From contig CAVQKQ010000013.1 in assembly GCA_963713085.1 (NCBI GenBank), forward strand, positions 42,023-106,022: a stretch of 64,000 nucleotides of DNA, in the 5' to 3' direction. Shown here piece by piece: positions 36,197-46,206 of the stretch (position 1 is its first letter; every line of letters begins with the position of its first letter). Both the position numbers and the translations under genes were made by a program. Source of the stretch: an uncultured Pseudomonadota bacterium (GTDB lineage: Bacteria; Pseudomonadota; Gammaproteobacteria; Burkholderiales; Thiobacillaceae). Below the pieces are notes generated by a model that searched no databases, was not told where the DNA came from, and saw nothing but the letters and a program-made list of their open reading frames with translations.

Positions 36197-36886
36197 TCAA
36201 ACCGCGCGCTTGGCGCGTACGATCTGGTAGGCGCGGAACAGGTAGCCGAACGGCGCGCTCCAGATGTGGACCAGGCGGGTGAACGGGAAGAACAGGAACA
36301 CGGACAGGCCCAGGAAGATATGGACCTTGTAGACGGTGTCCAGGGGCCGCAGCAGTTCCGGGTTGGGTTGCAGCGTCAGCACGCCCTGGGCCCATTCCGC
36401 CAGCCGGATCATCACCGTGGGATCGCCGTGTTCGGCGTGGCCGATGGACCAGAAGATGGTGGAGAAGCCGACCATGGCGGTCATCACCAGCCAGCCCAGG
36501 ATGTTGATGTCCATCCAGCGGCTGGCGGCGCGCACCCGCCTGTTCAACAGGCGCCGCAGCCAGAGGATGGTGCCACCCAGGATCACCATCAGGCCGAAGA
36601 TGCCGCCGGCGAAGATGGCCAGGCCCTGGTGCGCCATGTCGGAGATGCCCATGGACTGGAACACGTGATGGGGCGTGAGCAGGCCCACCAGATGGCCGCC
36701 GAAGATGCCCAGGATACCGACGTGGAACACGTTGCTGGCGAAGCGCATGTACTGCTTGGACAGCAACTGGCTGGAGTCGCTCTTCCAGGTATATTGCTCG
36801 TGGTCGAAGCGGATCCAGCTGCCCAGCACGAAGGTGGCCAGGGCGATGTAGGGATAGACCCCGTAAACGATGAGATGCAGATCCAT
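36197..36886 (-). CDS. narI: respiratory nitrate reductase gamma subunit
   Basis: Trimmed to the ATG at 36886 (MDLHLIVYGVYPYIALATFVLGSWIRFDHEQYTWKSDSSQLL). It has 5 TM segments and the haem-ligand His pattern. Confidence 0.9.
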   Translation of the reverse strand: MDLHLIVYGVYPYIALATFVLGSWIRFDHEQYTWKSDSSQLLSKQYMRFASNVFHVGILGIFGGHLVGLLTPHHVFQSMGISDMAHQGLAIFAGGIFGLMVILGGTILWLRRLLNRRVRAASRWMDINILGWLVMTAMVGFSTIFWSIGHAEHGDPTVMIRLAEWAQGVLTLQPNPELLRPLDTVYKVHIFLGLSVFLFFPFTRLVHIWSAPFGYLFRAYQIVRAKRAV

Positions 36887-36897
36887 GTTGGTCTCCT

Positions 36898-37461
36898 TCA
36901 GGCGGCGGCGCGAACCAGCTGGCCGCGTTGTTCGACTAGGCGGATGAGGGGCGCGTAGGGGCTCCCGGTCGCCTCCAGGTTGCTGGCGAGCTGGTTGAGC
37001 ACCTTGCTCCACTGGGACAGGAACATGCGCGCCTCGGACGGCTCCAGCTGGGCGGCGAATTCCAGCACCAGGGGCAGATAGTCCGGCAGCTCGTTGCTGC
37101 CTTCATCGGCCGCCTCATCGGCGGCTGACCGGTTGTCGACCCCATGCTTGGCCAGCAATTCCAGGCCGTACTCCCCATAGAACTCGGTCAGGTCGATCAG
37201 GGCCGGCCCCCGGTTCTTGTCGTCGCCGAACAGGTGGTGGGTCAGGTGCAGCGCATGCTCCGGGGTGAGGTCGAAGGTCTGAACATAGGCCGCCTGGGCC
37301 TCGGTCAGGTCCTGGACGGCCAGATCCTTCATGAAGCGCTCCAGCACCAGCCATTCGGCCCCCTCGAAGCCCTGGTGGAGAACGTCGTGCAGGTCGGGCA
37401 AGGCCGCGATCAGCGCCTTGTCCGGGTAGTCCAGCAGTTTGGATAACAGTTTGTAGAACAT
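36898..37461 (-). CDS. narJ: nitrate reductase molybdenum cofactor assembly chaperone
   Basis: The start is the ATG at 37461 (MFYKLLSKLLDYPDKALI...AYVQTFDLTPEHALHLTHHLFGDDKNRGPALIDL...LPDYLPLVLEFAA). It lies 11 nt upstream of narI. Confidence 0.85.
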   Translation of the reverse strand: MFYKLLSKLLDYPDKALIAALPDLHDVLHQGFEGAEWLVLERFMKDLAVQDLTEAQAAYVQTFDLTPEHALHLTHHLFGDDKNRGPALIDLTEFYGEYGLELLAKHGVDNRSAADEAADEGSNELPDYLPLVLEFAAQLEPSEARMFLSQWSKVLNQLASNLEATGSPYAPLIRLVEQRGQLVRAAA

Positions 37462-37482
37462 TTGATACTCCTTCGATTCAGT

Positions 37483-37586
37483 CCCCTCCCCCCGTGGGGG
37501 AGGGTTAGGGAAAGGGAGCGACGGTTGCTGCGAACAGCACTTCTTCCCTCTCCCCCGGCCCCTCTCCCGCAGGCGGGAGAGGGGAG
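37483..37586. repeat. pair of inverted GC-rich REP-like hairpin elements (BIME-like) in the narH-narJ gap
   Basis: The left unit is cccctccccccgtgggggagggttagggaaagggag. The right unit is ccctctcccccggcccctctcccgcaggcgggagagggg. Each has a 9-10 bp stem, and the flanking G/C-rich arms are inverted relative to each other. Confidence 0.8.
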
Positions 37587-37589
37587 CGT

Positions 37590-39137
37590 TCAGCGTTCGT
37601 CCGCGTCGGGTGCCGAGTCCAATACTTCCACCGTCTCCTTGCGCCGTTCCGGGAACAGGGAGTTGGGGGAGATACCGGGGGAGGAGTCGTTGCCGAAGCT
37701 GAAGCCGTTCTGGCCCTGGAAGCTGTAGAAGTCTTCCAGCGACACCTCCTGGTGACCGGTGGGGATCACGAAGCGGTCTTCGTAATTGGCGATGGCCAGG
37801 TAGCGGTACATCTCCAGGGCCATCTCCACGCTCATGCCGATCTCGTCCAGGGCGCGGGTGTCGGCCTGGCCTTCGACGTGGACCGAGCGCTGGTAGGCGC
37901 GCATCGCGATCATCCGCTTCAATGCCAGGACGATCGGTTCCTCCTTGCCGGCGGTAAGCAGGTTGGCCAGGTACTTCACCGGCAGGCGCAGGTCCTCCAC
38001 CGGCGGGATGACGCTTTCCGGAGTGGAAGACAAGGCACCCTGGTCGATGTGGGATTGCACCGGCGACAGCGGCGGCACGTACCAGACCATGGGCAGGGTG
38101 CGGAACTCCGGGTGCATGGGGAAGGCGATCTTCCAGTCCACCGCCATCTTGTAGATCGGCGACTTGCGGGCGGCCTCGATCCAGTCTTCGGGGATGCCGT
38201 CGATACGGGCCTGCTTGATGACTTCGGGGTCGTTCGGGTCGAGGAAGATGTCGAGCTGGGCCTGGTAGAGGTCCTGCTCGTTCGGGGTGCCGGCCAGCTG
38301 TTCGATCTTGTCGGCGTCGTAGAGCATGATGCCGTTGTAGCGGATGCGGCCGACGCAGGACTCGGAGCACACCGTCGGCATGCCGGATTCGACGCGGGGG
38401 TAGCAGCCGATGCACTTCTCCGCCTTGCCCGATTCCCAGTTGTAGAACACCTTCTTGTAGGGGCAGGAGGAGATGCACATGCGCCAGCCCCGGCACTTGT
38501 CCTGGTCCACCAGGACAATGCCGTCCTCCTCCCGCTTGTAGAGCGAGCCGGATGGGCAGGCGGCGACGCAGGCCGGGTTGATGCAGTGGTTGCAGATGCG
38601 CGGCAGGTACATGTGGAAGGTGTGCTCGAACTGGCGGTAGATCTCCTTTTCGAGGTTGTGCATGTTGCGGTCCCTGGCACGCTTGTCGAATTCGCCGGCC
38701 AGGTCGTCCTCCCAGTTGGGGCCCCAGGTGATCTTCTCCATCCGTTCGCCGGTGATCTGGGACACCGGCCGGGCGGTGGGCGCCGCTTCACTGAGGGGCG
38801 CGTTCTGCAACCGGGAGTAGTCGAAGGTGAACGGCTCGTAGTAGTCGTCGATCTCCGGCATGTCCGGGTTGGCGAAGATGTTCAGCAGCCGTTCCAGCTT
38901 GGAGCCGGACTTCAGTTGCAGCTTGCCGTTCTTCAACTCCCAGCCACCGCGCCAGATCTCCTGGTTCTCCCACTGCTTGGGATAGCCGATGCCGGGCTTG
39001 GACTCCACGTTGTTGAACCACATGTACTCGGCGCCCTTGCGGTTGGTCCAGACGTTCTTGCAGGTCACCGAGCAGGTGTGGCAGCCGATGCACTTGTCCA
39101 GGTTGAAGACGAAGGCGAATTGGGCTCTGACTTTCAT
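37590..39137 (-). CDS. narH: respiratory nitrate reductase beta (FeS) subunit
   Basis: 515 aa. It begins MKVRAQFAFVFNLDKCIGCHTCSVTCKNVW and has further Cys clusters CNHCINPACVAACP and CRGWRMCISSCPYKK. Confidence 0.95.
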   Translation of the reverse strand: MKVRAQFAFVFNLDKCIGCHTCSVTCKNVWTNRKGAEYMWFNNVESKPGIGYPKQWENQEIWRGGWELKNGKLQLKSGSKLERLLNIFANPDMPEIDDYYEPFTFDYSRLQNAPLSEAAPTARPVSQITGERMEKITWGPNWEDDLAGEFDKRARDRNMHNLEKEIYRQFEHTFHMYLPRICNHCINPACVAACPSGSLYKREEDGIVLVDQDKCRGWRMCISSCPYKKVFYNWESGKAEKCIGCYPRVESGMPTVCSESCVGRIRYNGIMLYDADKIEQLAGTPNEQDLYQAQLDIFLDPNDPEVIKQARIDGIPEDWIEAARKSPIYKMAVDWKIAFPMHPEFRTLPMVWYVPPLSPVQSHIDQGALSSTPESVIPPVEDLRLPVKYLANLLTAGKEEPIVLALKRMIAMRAYQRSVHVEGQADTRALDEIGMSVEMALEMYRYLAIANYEDRFVIPTGHQEVSLEDFYSFQGQNGFSFGNDSSPGISPNSLFPERRKETVEVLDSAPDADER

Positions 39138-39159
39138 TTCATGCTCCTAGGTAACTTGT

Positions 39160-39271
39160 CCCCCTCTCCCACCGGGAGAGGGCTGGGGTGAGGGAGTAGC
39201 GATCGATCATGCGATATGGGTCGATCCGGCCGAGCTCCCTCTCCCCCGGCCCCTCCCCCGCCGGGGGAGGG
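39160..39271. repeat. pair of inverted REP-like elements in the narG-narH gap
   Basis: The left unit is ccccctctcccaccgggagagggctggggtgagggag. The right unit is ctccctctcccccggcccctcccccgccgggggaggg. It is the same family as 37483 and 43078. Confidence 0.8.
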
Positions 39272-39281
39272 AAGAAATGAT

Positions 39282-42200
39282 TCACTTCGGCCCCACACCC
39301 GGCGGATTGCGCTGGGCCTCCCGTTCCGGCGTCAGCGGCCGCTCCAGCCAGTCGATGCTCTGGTCATCGACCCGGTGCAGCACCACCACCTCGTCCCGCT
39401 GGCAGCCCACCGTGCCGTAGTAGTTGAAGCCGTAGGCCAGCTGGGCATAGCCGCCCACCATGTTGGTGGGCTTGACGATCACCCGGGTCACCGAGTTGAG
39501 GATGCCGCCGCGCTTGCCGGTGGAGGGCGAGCCGGGCACGTTCACGTTCTTCTCCTGGGCGTGGTACATCATCGCCATGCCCCTGGGGACCCGTTGCGAG
39601 ACCACCGCCCGCGCCATCGTCGCGCCGTTGGCGTTGATGGCCTCGACCCAGTCGTTGTCGGCGATGCCGATTGATTTCGCGTCGGTCTCCGAGATCCACA
39701 CGTAGGGGCCGCCCCGGAACAGGTTGAGCATGCGCAGGTTGTCCTGGTAGGTGGAGTGGATGCCCCACTTGGAGTGCGGCGTGATCCAGGACAGGGTCAG
39801 GTGCGGCTTCTTCATCACGCTGGCCGGTACCTTTTCCTGGGCCTTCATGTCCACCGGCGGCTTGAAGGTGCAGAAGCCCTCGCCGAAGTCCAGGAACCAT
39901 TCGTGGTCCTGGTAGAAGTGGGCCCGGCCGGTCAGGGTGCGGAACGGGATGTGCTCGTGGATGTTGGTGTAGCCGGCGGTGTAGGACACGTGTTCCGACT
40001 CGATCCCCGACCAGGTGGGCGCGGTGATGATCTTGCGCGGCTGGGCCTGGATGTCGCGGAAGGTGATCTTGTCCTCGTGCCGGCCCGCGTACAGGTGATG
40101 ATGGTCGATGCCGGTCTTCTTCGACAGGGCGGACCACGACTTGTGGGCCACCTCGCCGTTGGTCTCCGGCGCCATGCGCATCACTGAATCGCACACCGCG
40201 ATGTCCTCTTCCAGGGACGGCATGCCGAAGGACACGCCCGGCTCGGTCACCGTGTAGTTGCAGCGTTTGAGTTCCTCGTACTCCTGCTCGGTGTTCCACT
40301 CCAGGCCCTTGACGCCGTTGCCCACCTTGACCATGAGCGGCCCCAGGGCGATGAACTTGTTGTAGGTGCTGCCGTAGTCCCGCTCCACCAGCTTGAGCAG
40401 GGGCATGGTCTTGCCCGGCACCGGCTCGCATTCGCCCCGCTTCCAGTCCTTCACCTGGCCCAGGGGCTGGGCCAGCTCGAACGGGGAGTCGTGCTGCATG
40501 GGCAGGGCCACCAGGTCCTTGCGCGTACCCAGGTGCTTGCCCGCCAGGCCGGAGAACTTTTTGGCCAGGGCCTTGAAGATCTGCCAGTCGGACTTGGACT
40601 CCCAGCCCGGGCTCACCGCCTCGGACAGGGGGTGGATGAAGGGGTGCATGTCCGTGGTGTTGAGGTCGTGCTTCTCGTACCAGGTCGCCGTGGGCAGGAT
40701 GATGTCCGAGTAGGCCCCGGTGGAGTTCAAGCGGAAGTTGATGTCCACCATCAGGTCCAGCTTGCCGGTGGGGCCGTGCTCGTGCCACTTCACTTCCTTG
40801 TTGTTCCGGCCGTCGCCGCCCTCTTGCATGACCCCGTTCTGGGCGCCCAGCAGGTGCTTGAGAAAGTACTCGTGGCCCTTGGCCGAGGAACCGATCAGGT
40901 TGGCGCGCCAGACGATCAGGTTGCGCGGCCAGTTCACCGGGTTGTCCGGGTCGGCGAAGGCCACGTCCAGGGCGCCGGACTTGAGCTGCTCCACCACGTG
41001 CCGTGCCACGCCCGCCTCGTCCGTGGCGCCGGCCTTCTCGGCCTCGGCCACCAGTTCCAGGGGGTTGCGGTTGAAGTGGGGCGCGGAAGGCAGCCAGCCC
41101 ATGCGGGTGGAGACCACGTTGTAGTCCGCCAGGGAATAGCCCTTGTTGCGGTTCCTGCCGGCCGGGGACAGCAGTTCGTCGGCCTTGACCGCCTCGTAGC
41201 GCCACTGGTCGGTGTGGAAGTACCAGAAGGAGGTGGAGTTCATGTGGCGCGGCGGACGGTGCCAGTCCAGGCCAAAGGCGATGGGCGCCCAGCCGGCCTG
41301 GGGACGCAGCTTCTCCTGGCCCACGTAATGGGCCCAGCCGCCGCCGCTCTGGCCCACGCAGCCGCACATATGCAGCAGGTTCATGATGCTGCGGTAGGCC
41401 ATGTCGTTGTGGTACCAGTGGTTGATGGCCGCGCCCATGATGATCATGGACTTGCCCCGGGTCTTGGCGGCGTTGTCGGCGAACTCGCGGCCGGTGCGCT
41501 CGATGTCGGCGGCCTTGACCCCGGTGACCTTGGCGGCCCAGGCGGGGGTGTAGGCGACGCCGGCATCGTTGTAGTCCTTGGCCACATGATCGCCGCCCAG
41601 GTCCCGGTCGATGCCGTACTGGGCGATCTGCAGGTCGTAGACGGAGGCCACCAGGGCCTCGCCGCCGTCCGCCAGGGTGACGCGGCGCGCCGGCACGTTG
41701 CGGAACAGCAGGTCGGCTTCATCCTGGTTGAAGTGGGGGAAGCCCACAGAGACGATCTCGGTGCCGGCCTTGCCCTGGCAGGTCAGTTCGGCGCGCATTC
41801 CGCTCTGGTCGGATTGCTTCTCCAGCAGGTTCCACTTACCCTCCTCGCCCCAACGGAAGCCCACCGAGCCGTTGGGCACCACGAAGCCGCCGGAAAGCTC
41901 GTCCCAGACGACGGTCTTCCACTCCGGATTGTTGGCCTCGCCGAAGTCTCCGGCGAAATCCGAGGCACGCAGGTTGCGGTCCGTCACGTACCCCTCGCCA
42001 TGCTGACGCAGCATCACCTGCATGGGCATGTCGGTGTATTTGCGGGCATATTCCTGGAAGTAGGGGACCTGCCGCTCGACGAAGAACTCCTTAAGGGCCA
42101 CGTGGCCCATGGCCAGGAAGGCTGCGGCGTCGGTGCCCTGGCGCACCGGCATCCACAGGTCGGCAAACTTCACGTATTCGGCGTAGTCCGGCGCCATCGA

Positions 42201-43037
42201 CACGATCTTGGTGCCCTTGTAGCGGGTCTCGATGGCGAAGTGGGCGTCCGGTGTGCGGGTCATCGGCAGGTTGGCGCCGGTGATGATTAGGTAGGTCGAG
42301 TTGTACCAGTCTGCCGCCTCCGGCACGTCGGTCTGCTCGCCCCAGGTCTGGGGCGATGCGGCGGGCAGATCGCAGTACCAGTCGTAGAAGGAACCGCAGG
42401 CGCCGCCGATCAGGCTCAGGTAACGGCTGCCGGCGGCGTAGGAGATCATCGACATGGCCGGGATCGGCGAGAAGCCGTAGATCCGGTCCGGCCCCCACTT
42501 CTTGATGGTGTGGACGTTGGCGGCGGCGGTGATCTCCAGCACCTCGTCCCAGGTGGTGCGCACGAAGCCGCCCAGGCCGCGCACCTTGACGTATTTGTCG
42601 CGCTTGACCGTGTCAGCCTGGATGGCGGCCCAGGCCTCCACCGGGTCCTTGCCGGACTTTTTCTCGGCGCGGTAGAGGTCCAGCAGCCGGCCGCGGATCA
42701 TGGGGTACTTGATGCGGTGGGGCGAGTAGAGATACCAGGAGAAGGAGGCGCCCCGCTGGCAGCCCCGCGGCTCGTGGTTGGGCAGGTCTTCCCGGGTGCG
42801 CGGGTAGTCGGTCTGCTGCATCTCGAAGGAGACCAGGCCGTTCTTCACGAAGATCTTCCAGGAGCAGCCGCCGGTGCAGTTCACGCCGTGGGTGGAGCGC
42901 ACCACCTTGTCGTGCCGCCAGCGGTTGCGGTAGGCGTCCTCCCACTTGCGGTCCTCGATGGTCTTGATGCCGTGGCCATTCGAGAACGCCTCCCGGGGAT
43001 GGGTGAAGTAGGTCAGTCGGTCGAGAAAGTGACTCAT
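39282..43037 (-). CDS. narG: respiratory nitrate reductase alpha (Mo-bisMGD) subunit
   Basis: This is the C-terminal 1251 codons of the 1832-aa track ORF. The start is the ATG at 43037 (MSHFLDRLTYFTHPREAFSNGHG...). It has the FS0 motif HGVNCTGGCSWKIFVKNG. Confidence 0.95.
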   Translation of the reverse strand: MSHFLDRLTYFTHPREAFSNGHGIKTIEDRKWEDAYRNRWRHDKVVRSTHGVNCTGGCSWKIFVKNGLVSFEMQQTDYPRTREDLPNHEPRGCQRGASFSWYLYSPHRIKYPMIRGRLLDLYRAEKKSGKDPVEAWAAIQADTVKRDKYVKVRGLGGFVRTTWDEVLEITAAANVHTIKKWGPDRIYGFSPIPAMSMISYAAGSRYLSLIGGACGSFYDWYCDLPAASPQTWGEQTDVPEAADWYNSTYLIITGANLPMTRTPDAHFAIETRYKGTKIVSMAPDYAEYVKFADLWMPVRQGTDAAAFLAMGHVALKEFFVERQVPYFQEYARKYTDMPMQVMLRQHGEGYVTDRNLRASDFAGDFGEANNPEWKTVVWDELSGGFVVPNGSVGFRWGEEGKWNLLEKQSDQSGMRAELTCQGKAGTEIVSVGFPHFNQDEADLLFRNVPARRVTLADGGEALVASVYDLQIAQYGIDRDLGGDHVAKDYNDAGVAYTPAWAAKVTGVKAADIERTGREFADNAAKTRGKSMIIMGAAINHWYHNDMAYRSIMNLLHMCGCVGQSGGGWAHYVGQEKLRPQAGWAPIAFGLDWHRPPRHMNSTSFWYFHTDQWRYEAVKADELLSPAGRNRNKGYSLADYNVVSTRMGWLPSAPHFNRNPLELVAEAEKAGATDEAGVARHVVEQLKSGALDVAFADPDNPVNWPRNLIVWRANLIGSSAKGHEYFLKHLLGAQNGVMQEGGDGRNNKEVKWHEHGPTGKLDLMVDINFRLNSTGAYSDIILPTATWYEKHDLNTTDMHPFIHPLSEAVSPGWESKSDWQIFKALAKKFSGLAGKHLGTRKDLVALPMQHDSPFELAQPLGQVKDWKRGECEPVPGKTMPLLKLVERDYGSTYNKFIALGPLMVKVGNGVKGLEWNTEQEYEELKRCNYTVTEPGVSFGMPSLEEDIAVCDSVMRMAPETNGEVAHKSWSALSKKTGIDHHHLYAGRHEDKITFRDIQAQPRKIITAPTWSGIESEHVSYTAGYTNIHEHIPFRTLTGRAHFYQDHEWFLDFGEGFCTFKPPVDMKAQEKVPASVMKKPHLTLSWITPHSKWGIHSTYQDNLRMLNLFRGGPYVWISETDAKSIGIADNDWVEAINANGATMARAVVSQRVPRGMAMMYHAQEKNVNVPGSPSTGKRGGILNSVTRVIVKPTNMVGGYAQLAYGFNYYGTVGCQRDEVVVLHRVDDQSIDWLERPLTPEREAQRNPPGVGPK

Positions 43038-43077
43038 GTCTTTGCTCCTTGCATACGCTTGATTAAGCGGCATTGTT

Positions 43078-43178
43078 CTCCCTCTCCCACTGGGAGAGGG
43101 CCGGGGTGAGGGAGCGGCGGTTGCTGGGTCGCCCGGTTTCCCTCTCCCCAACCCTCCCCCGGAGGGGGAGGGGGTTGG
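43078..43178. repeat. pair of inverted REP-like elements in the narK2-narG gap
   Basis: The left unit is ctccctctcccactgggagagggccggggtgagggag. The right unit is ccctctccccaaccctcccccggagggggagggggttgg. The spacer gagcggcggttgctg resembles gagcgacggttgctg in the 37483 pair. Confidence 0.8.
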
Positions 43179-43180
43179 CA

Positions 43181-44800
43181 TTACGGGTTCTTGAACTCGG
43201 CCTTGGGACCCAGGTAGTACCACCAGTTCAACAGCAGGCAGACCGCGTAGAAGACGGCGAAGCCGTAGAGGGCGTTTTCCGGGGTGGCGGCCTTGATCTG
43301 CTCGCCGAACACCTGCGGGATGATGAAGGCGCCGTAGGCGGCCACCGCCGAGGTCCAGCCCAGGGCCGGGCCGGCCTGTTCCTTGGGGAACACCTGGGAA
43401 ATGGTGCGGAAGGTGGAGCCGTTGCCGATGCCGGACATGGCGAACAGCACCAGAAACAGCAGAAAGAAGGGCATGAAGAACTCTTCCGGGGTGGCGGACT
43501 GGTAGGCGGCCTTCATGTAGTAGGCCACGCCCAGCGCCGAGGCGATCATGACGATGGTGGTGATCTGGGTCACCTTGGCGCCGCCCACCTTGTCGGCGAT
43601 CCAGCCGCCGACGGGACGGATCAGGGCGCCGATGAAGGGGCCCATCCAGGCATACATCAAGGCGCTGGGGGCGTTGGGGTTGACCGCCGTATGGACCATC
43701 ACGCCCTCCGGGCCCATGACGTGGCTGAAGCCGAAGATCACCTTGATGGCCAGCGCGAAGCCGGCGGAGTAGCCGATGAAGCTGCCGAAGGTCATGGTGT
43801 AGATGACGCTCATCACCCAGGTGTGCTTGTTGCCGAAGATCTTGAACTGGCGCTGCAGGTTGGGCTTGATGTCGCCGGGGATCATCTTCATCAGCATCAC
43901 GGTGGCGAACAGGATGCCGGCCAGCACGAACCACTTGGCCCAGCCCGGCGCGCCCAGGCCGGTGGGCGCCGGCAGGATGACGTAGAGGCCGGCGGCGGCG
44001 GTCAGGAAGCCGATCAGCAGCATGCCGAAGATCTTGGCCATCGCGCCGATGGGCGTGCCCGGATGGGGCGTCACTTCCTCGGTCTTGATGTTGTTCATGC
44101 CGAACCAGCCGGCGACGGCCAGCGGGATCAGCAGGAACAGCCAGACGAACCCGGCGTTCTGGATGTAGGTCAGCGAGCCGGCCGGCGCCTTGCCGACCAG
44201 GCTGCCGGAGGGCTGCACCAGGGTCATCGGGTCGCCGCCCAGCGCGCCGAGCAGGGGCAGGGTCATCACCAGCGGCACCAGGATCTGCATGGTGGTCACG
44301 CCGGCGTTGCCCAGGCCGGCGTTCAGACCCAGCGCCAGGCCCTGCATGCGCTTCGGATAGAAGAAGCTGATGTTGGACATGCTTGATGCGAAGTTGCCGC
44401 CGCCGAAGCCGGACAGGAAGGCCAGGGCCTGGAACACCCACAGCGGCGTGCTCTGGTCCTGCAGCGCGATGCCGATCCCCAGGGCCGGCAGCATCAGCAG
44501 CGCGGTGGTGAAGAAGATGGTGTTGCGGCCGCCGGCGATGCGGATGAAGAAGCTGGACGGAATGCGCAGCGTGGCGCCGGTCAGGCCGGCGATGGCGGAC
44601 AGGGTGAACAGCTCGGTGGGCTTGAACGGGAAGCCGGCGTTGAGCATCTGCACCGTCACCATGCTCCAGATGATCCACACCGCGAAGCCGCACAGCAGGC
44701 TGGGGATGGAGATCCACAGGTTGCGGCTGGCGATGCCCTTGCCGGTGGTCTCCCAGAACGTCTGCTGCTCCACATTCCATTGCGTGATGTTGGTACTCAT
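43181..44800 (-). CDS. narK: MFS nitrate/nitrite transporter, NarK2-type
   Basis: 539 aa. MSTNITQWNVEQQTFWETTGKGIASRNLWISIPSLLCGFAVW and 12 TM segments. It lies directly upstream of narG. Confidence 0.85.
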   Translation of the reverse strand: MSTNITQWNVEQQTFWETTGKGIASRNLWISIPSLLCGFAVWIIWSMVTVQMLNAGFPFKPTELFTLSAIAGLTGATLRIPSSFFIRIAGGRNTIFFTTALLMLPALGIGIALQDQSTPLWVFQALAFLSGFGGGNFASSMSNISFFYPKRMQGLALGLNAGLGNAGVTTMQILVPLVMTLPLLGALGGDPMTLVQPSGSLVGKAPAGSLTYIQNAGFVWLFLLIPLAVAGWFGMNNIKTEEVTPHPGTPIGAMAKIFGMLLIGFLTAAAGLYVILPAPTGLGAPGWAKWFVLAGILFATVMLMKMIPGDIKPNLQRQFKIFGNKHTWVMSVIYTMTFGSFIGYSAGFALAIKVIFGFSHVMGPEGVMVHTAVNPNAPSALMYAWMGPFIGALIRPVGGWIADKVGGAKVTQITTIVMIASALGVAYYMKAAYQSATPEEFFMPFFLLFLVLFAMSGIGNGSTFRTISQVFPKEQAGPALGWTSAVAAYGAFIIPQVFGEQIKAATPENALYGFAVFYAVCLLLNWWYYLGPKAEFKNP

Positions 44801-44835
44801 CGTCGTTCTCCGTTACTTGGTTTGCAGGTTGGTAT

Positions 44836-46095
44836 TCATTCCAGGATGTCCGCCTCGAAGTGCTTCTTCTTGATCAGGTCCAGCTTGCGGACCTCGGTGG
44901 TGTACATCCAGATCAGGGAGACCCAGACCACGCCGTACATGAGCATGAAGGCCGAGGAGCGGATGCCGGTGATGTCCACCAGGGCACCGAACATGATGGG
45001 CAGCAGGAAACCGCCGAGGCCGCCCATGAGGCCGACGATCCCCGAGATGACGCCGATGTTGTGGGGGTACTCGTCGGAGATGTACTTGAACACGCTGGCC
45101 TTGCCGAAGGCGAAGGACACGCCCACCACGAACAGCAGCACGGTGAACACCTCCGGGCCCAGGGCGATGTGGTAGGTCCGGGGACCGGTCACGGTCTGCA
45201 CCGTGAACGCGGTCTGGGGATAGGACATCAGGAACAGGCAGATCCAGGCCGCCCACAACACCCACCAGGTCACCCGGTGGGCACCCCACTTGTCCGACAT
45301 CCAGCCGCCCACCGCACGCAGCACGCCGCCCGGCAGGGAGAAACAGGCCGCCAGCAGGGCCGCGGTCTTCAGGTTGAAGCCGTACTCGCTGACGTAGTAC
45401 TCGGTCATCCACAGGGCCAGCGCGACGTAGCCACCGAACACGATGGAGTAGTACTGGCAGTACTTCCACACCGTCGGGTCCTGCAATGCCTTGAGCTGGT
45501 CGCGCATGGTGACGTGGGACGGCACCTTGTGGGCCGGGTCGTCGTAGGTGAAGAACCAGAACAGGATGGCGGTCACCAGCATGGCCCCGGCATAGACCTG
45601 AGGCACCATGGTCCAGCCGTAGGCCATCACGATGGAGGGGGCCACCAGCTTGGTCAGCGCCGCCCCGGAGTTGCCGGCGCCGAACACCCCCATGGCCATG
45701 CCCTGGCGCTCCTTCTTGTACCAGCGGGCGCAGTAGGCGATGCCGACAGAGAACGAGCCGCCGCACATGCCGACGAACAGTCCGATCACCAGGAAATGCC
45801 AGAAGGAGGTGGCGTATTTGATCAGCCAGATCGGCACCACCGTCGACAGCATCAGGGCGAAGAACACCATGCGGCCGCCGAACCGGTCGGTCCACATGCC
45901 CAGGGGCAGGCGCACCAGGGCGCCGGTCAGCACCGGCATGGCCACCAGCAGGCCGAACTCGGTTTCGTTGAGGCCCAGCTGCGCCTTGATGGGGATGCCG
46001 ATGACGGCAAACATCATCCATACGGCGAAGCACACCGTGAAGGCCAGTGTGCTCATGACCAGGACTGAAAGCTGCTTTTGTGCGACGGGTGTCAT
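44836..46095 (-). CDS. narK: MFS nitrate transporter, NarK1-type
   Basis: Trimmed to the ATG at 46095 (MTPVAQKQLSVLVMSTLAFTVCFAVWMMFAVIGIPIK). About 419 aa, 35 nt upstream of the second narK. Confidence 0.85.
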   Translation of the reverse strand: MTPVAQKQLSVLVMSTLAFTVCFAVWMMFAVIGIPIKAQLGLNETEFGLLVAMPVLTGALVRLPLGMWTDRFGGRMVFFALMLSTVVPIWLIKYATSFWHFLVIGLFVGMCGGSFSVGIAYCARWYKKERQGMAMGVFGAGNSGAALTKLVAPSIVMAYGWTMVPQVYAGAMLVTAILFWFFTYDDPAHKVPSHVTMRDQLKALQDPTVWKYCQYYSIVFGGYVALALWMTEYYVSEYGFNLKTAALLAACFSLPGGVLRAVGGWMSDKWGAHRVTWWVLWAAWICLFLMSYPQTAFTVQTVTGPRTYHIALGPEVFTVLLFVVGVSFAFGKASVFKYISDEYPHNIGVISGIVGLMGGLGGFLLPIMFGALVDITGIRSSAFMLMYGVVWVSLIWMYTTEVRKLDLIKKKHFEADILE

Positions 46096-46206
46096 GGCAT
46101 ATCCCTTTGGATCAAAAAACCTCGATGTCCGAAAGTCGTTTGAGGCCAGTTTAGGGATGGAATAAATGCGCGCCAGGGGGTGCCGCAGAGCCGGAAATGA
46201 CCGGGG

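Noticed and set aside
37483-43178. GC-rich repeats as a possible CRISPR array
   Set aside because: The copies are in inverted pairs, not direct repeats. They are separated by whole genes rather than 30-40 bp spacers. Each forms its own hairpin. No cas genes are present.
39282-44780. 1832-aa minus-strand ORF in the track, suggesting a giant fusion protein
   Set aside because: Only the C-terminal 1251 codons are NarG, with an ATG at 43037 and the canonical MSHFLDRLTYF N-terminus. The upstream part is an out-of-frame read through the REP pair and the narK2 gene. narK2 is encoded in another frame as the 539-aa ORF 43181..44800.
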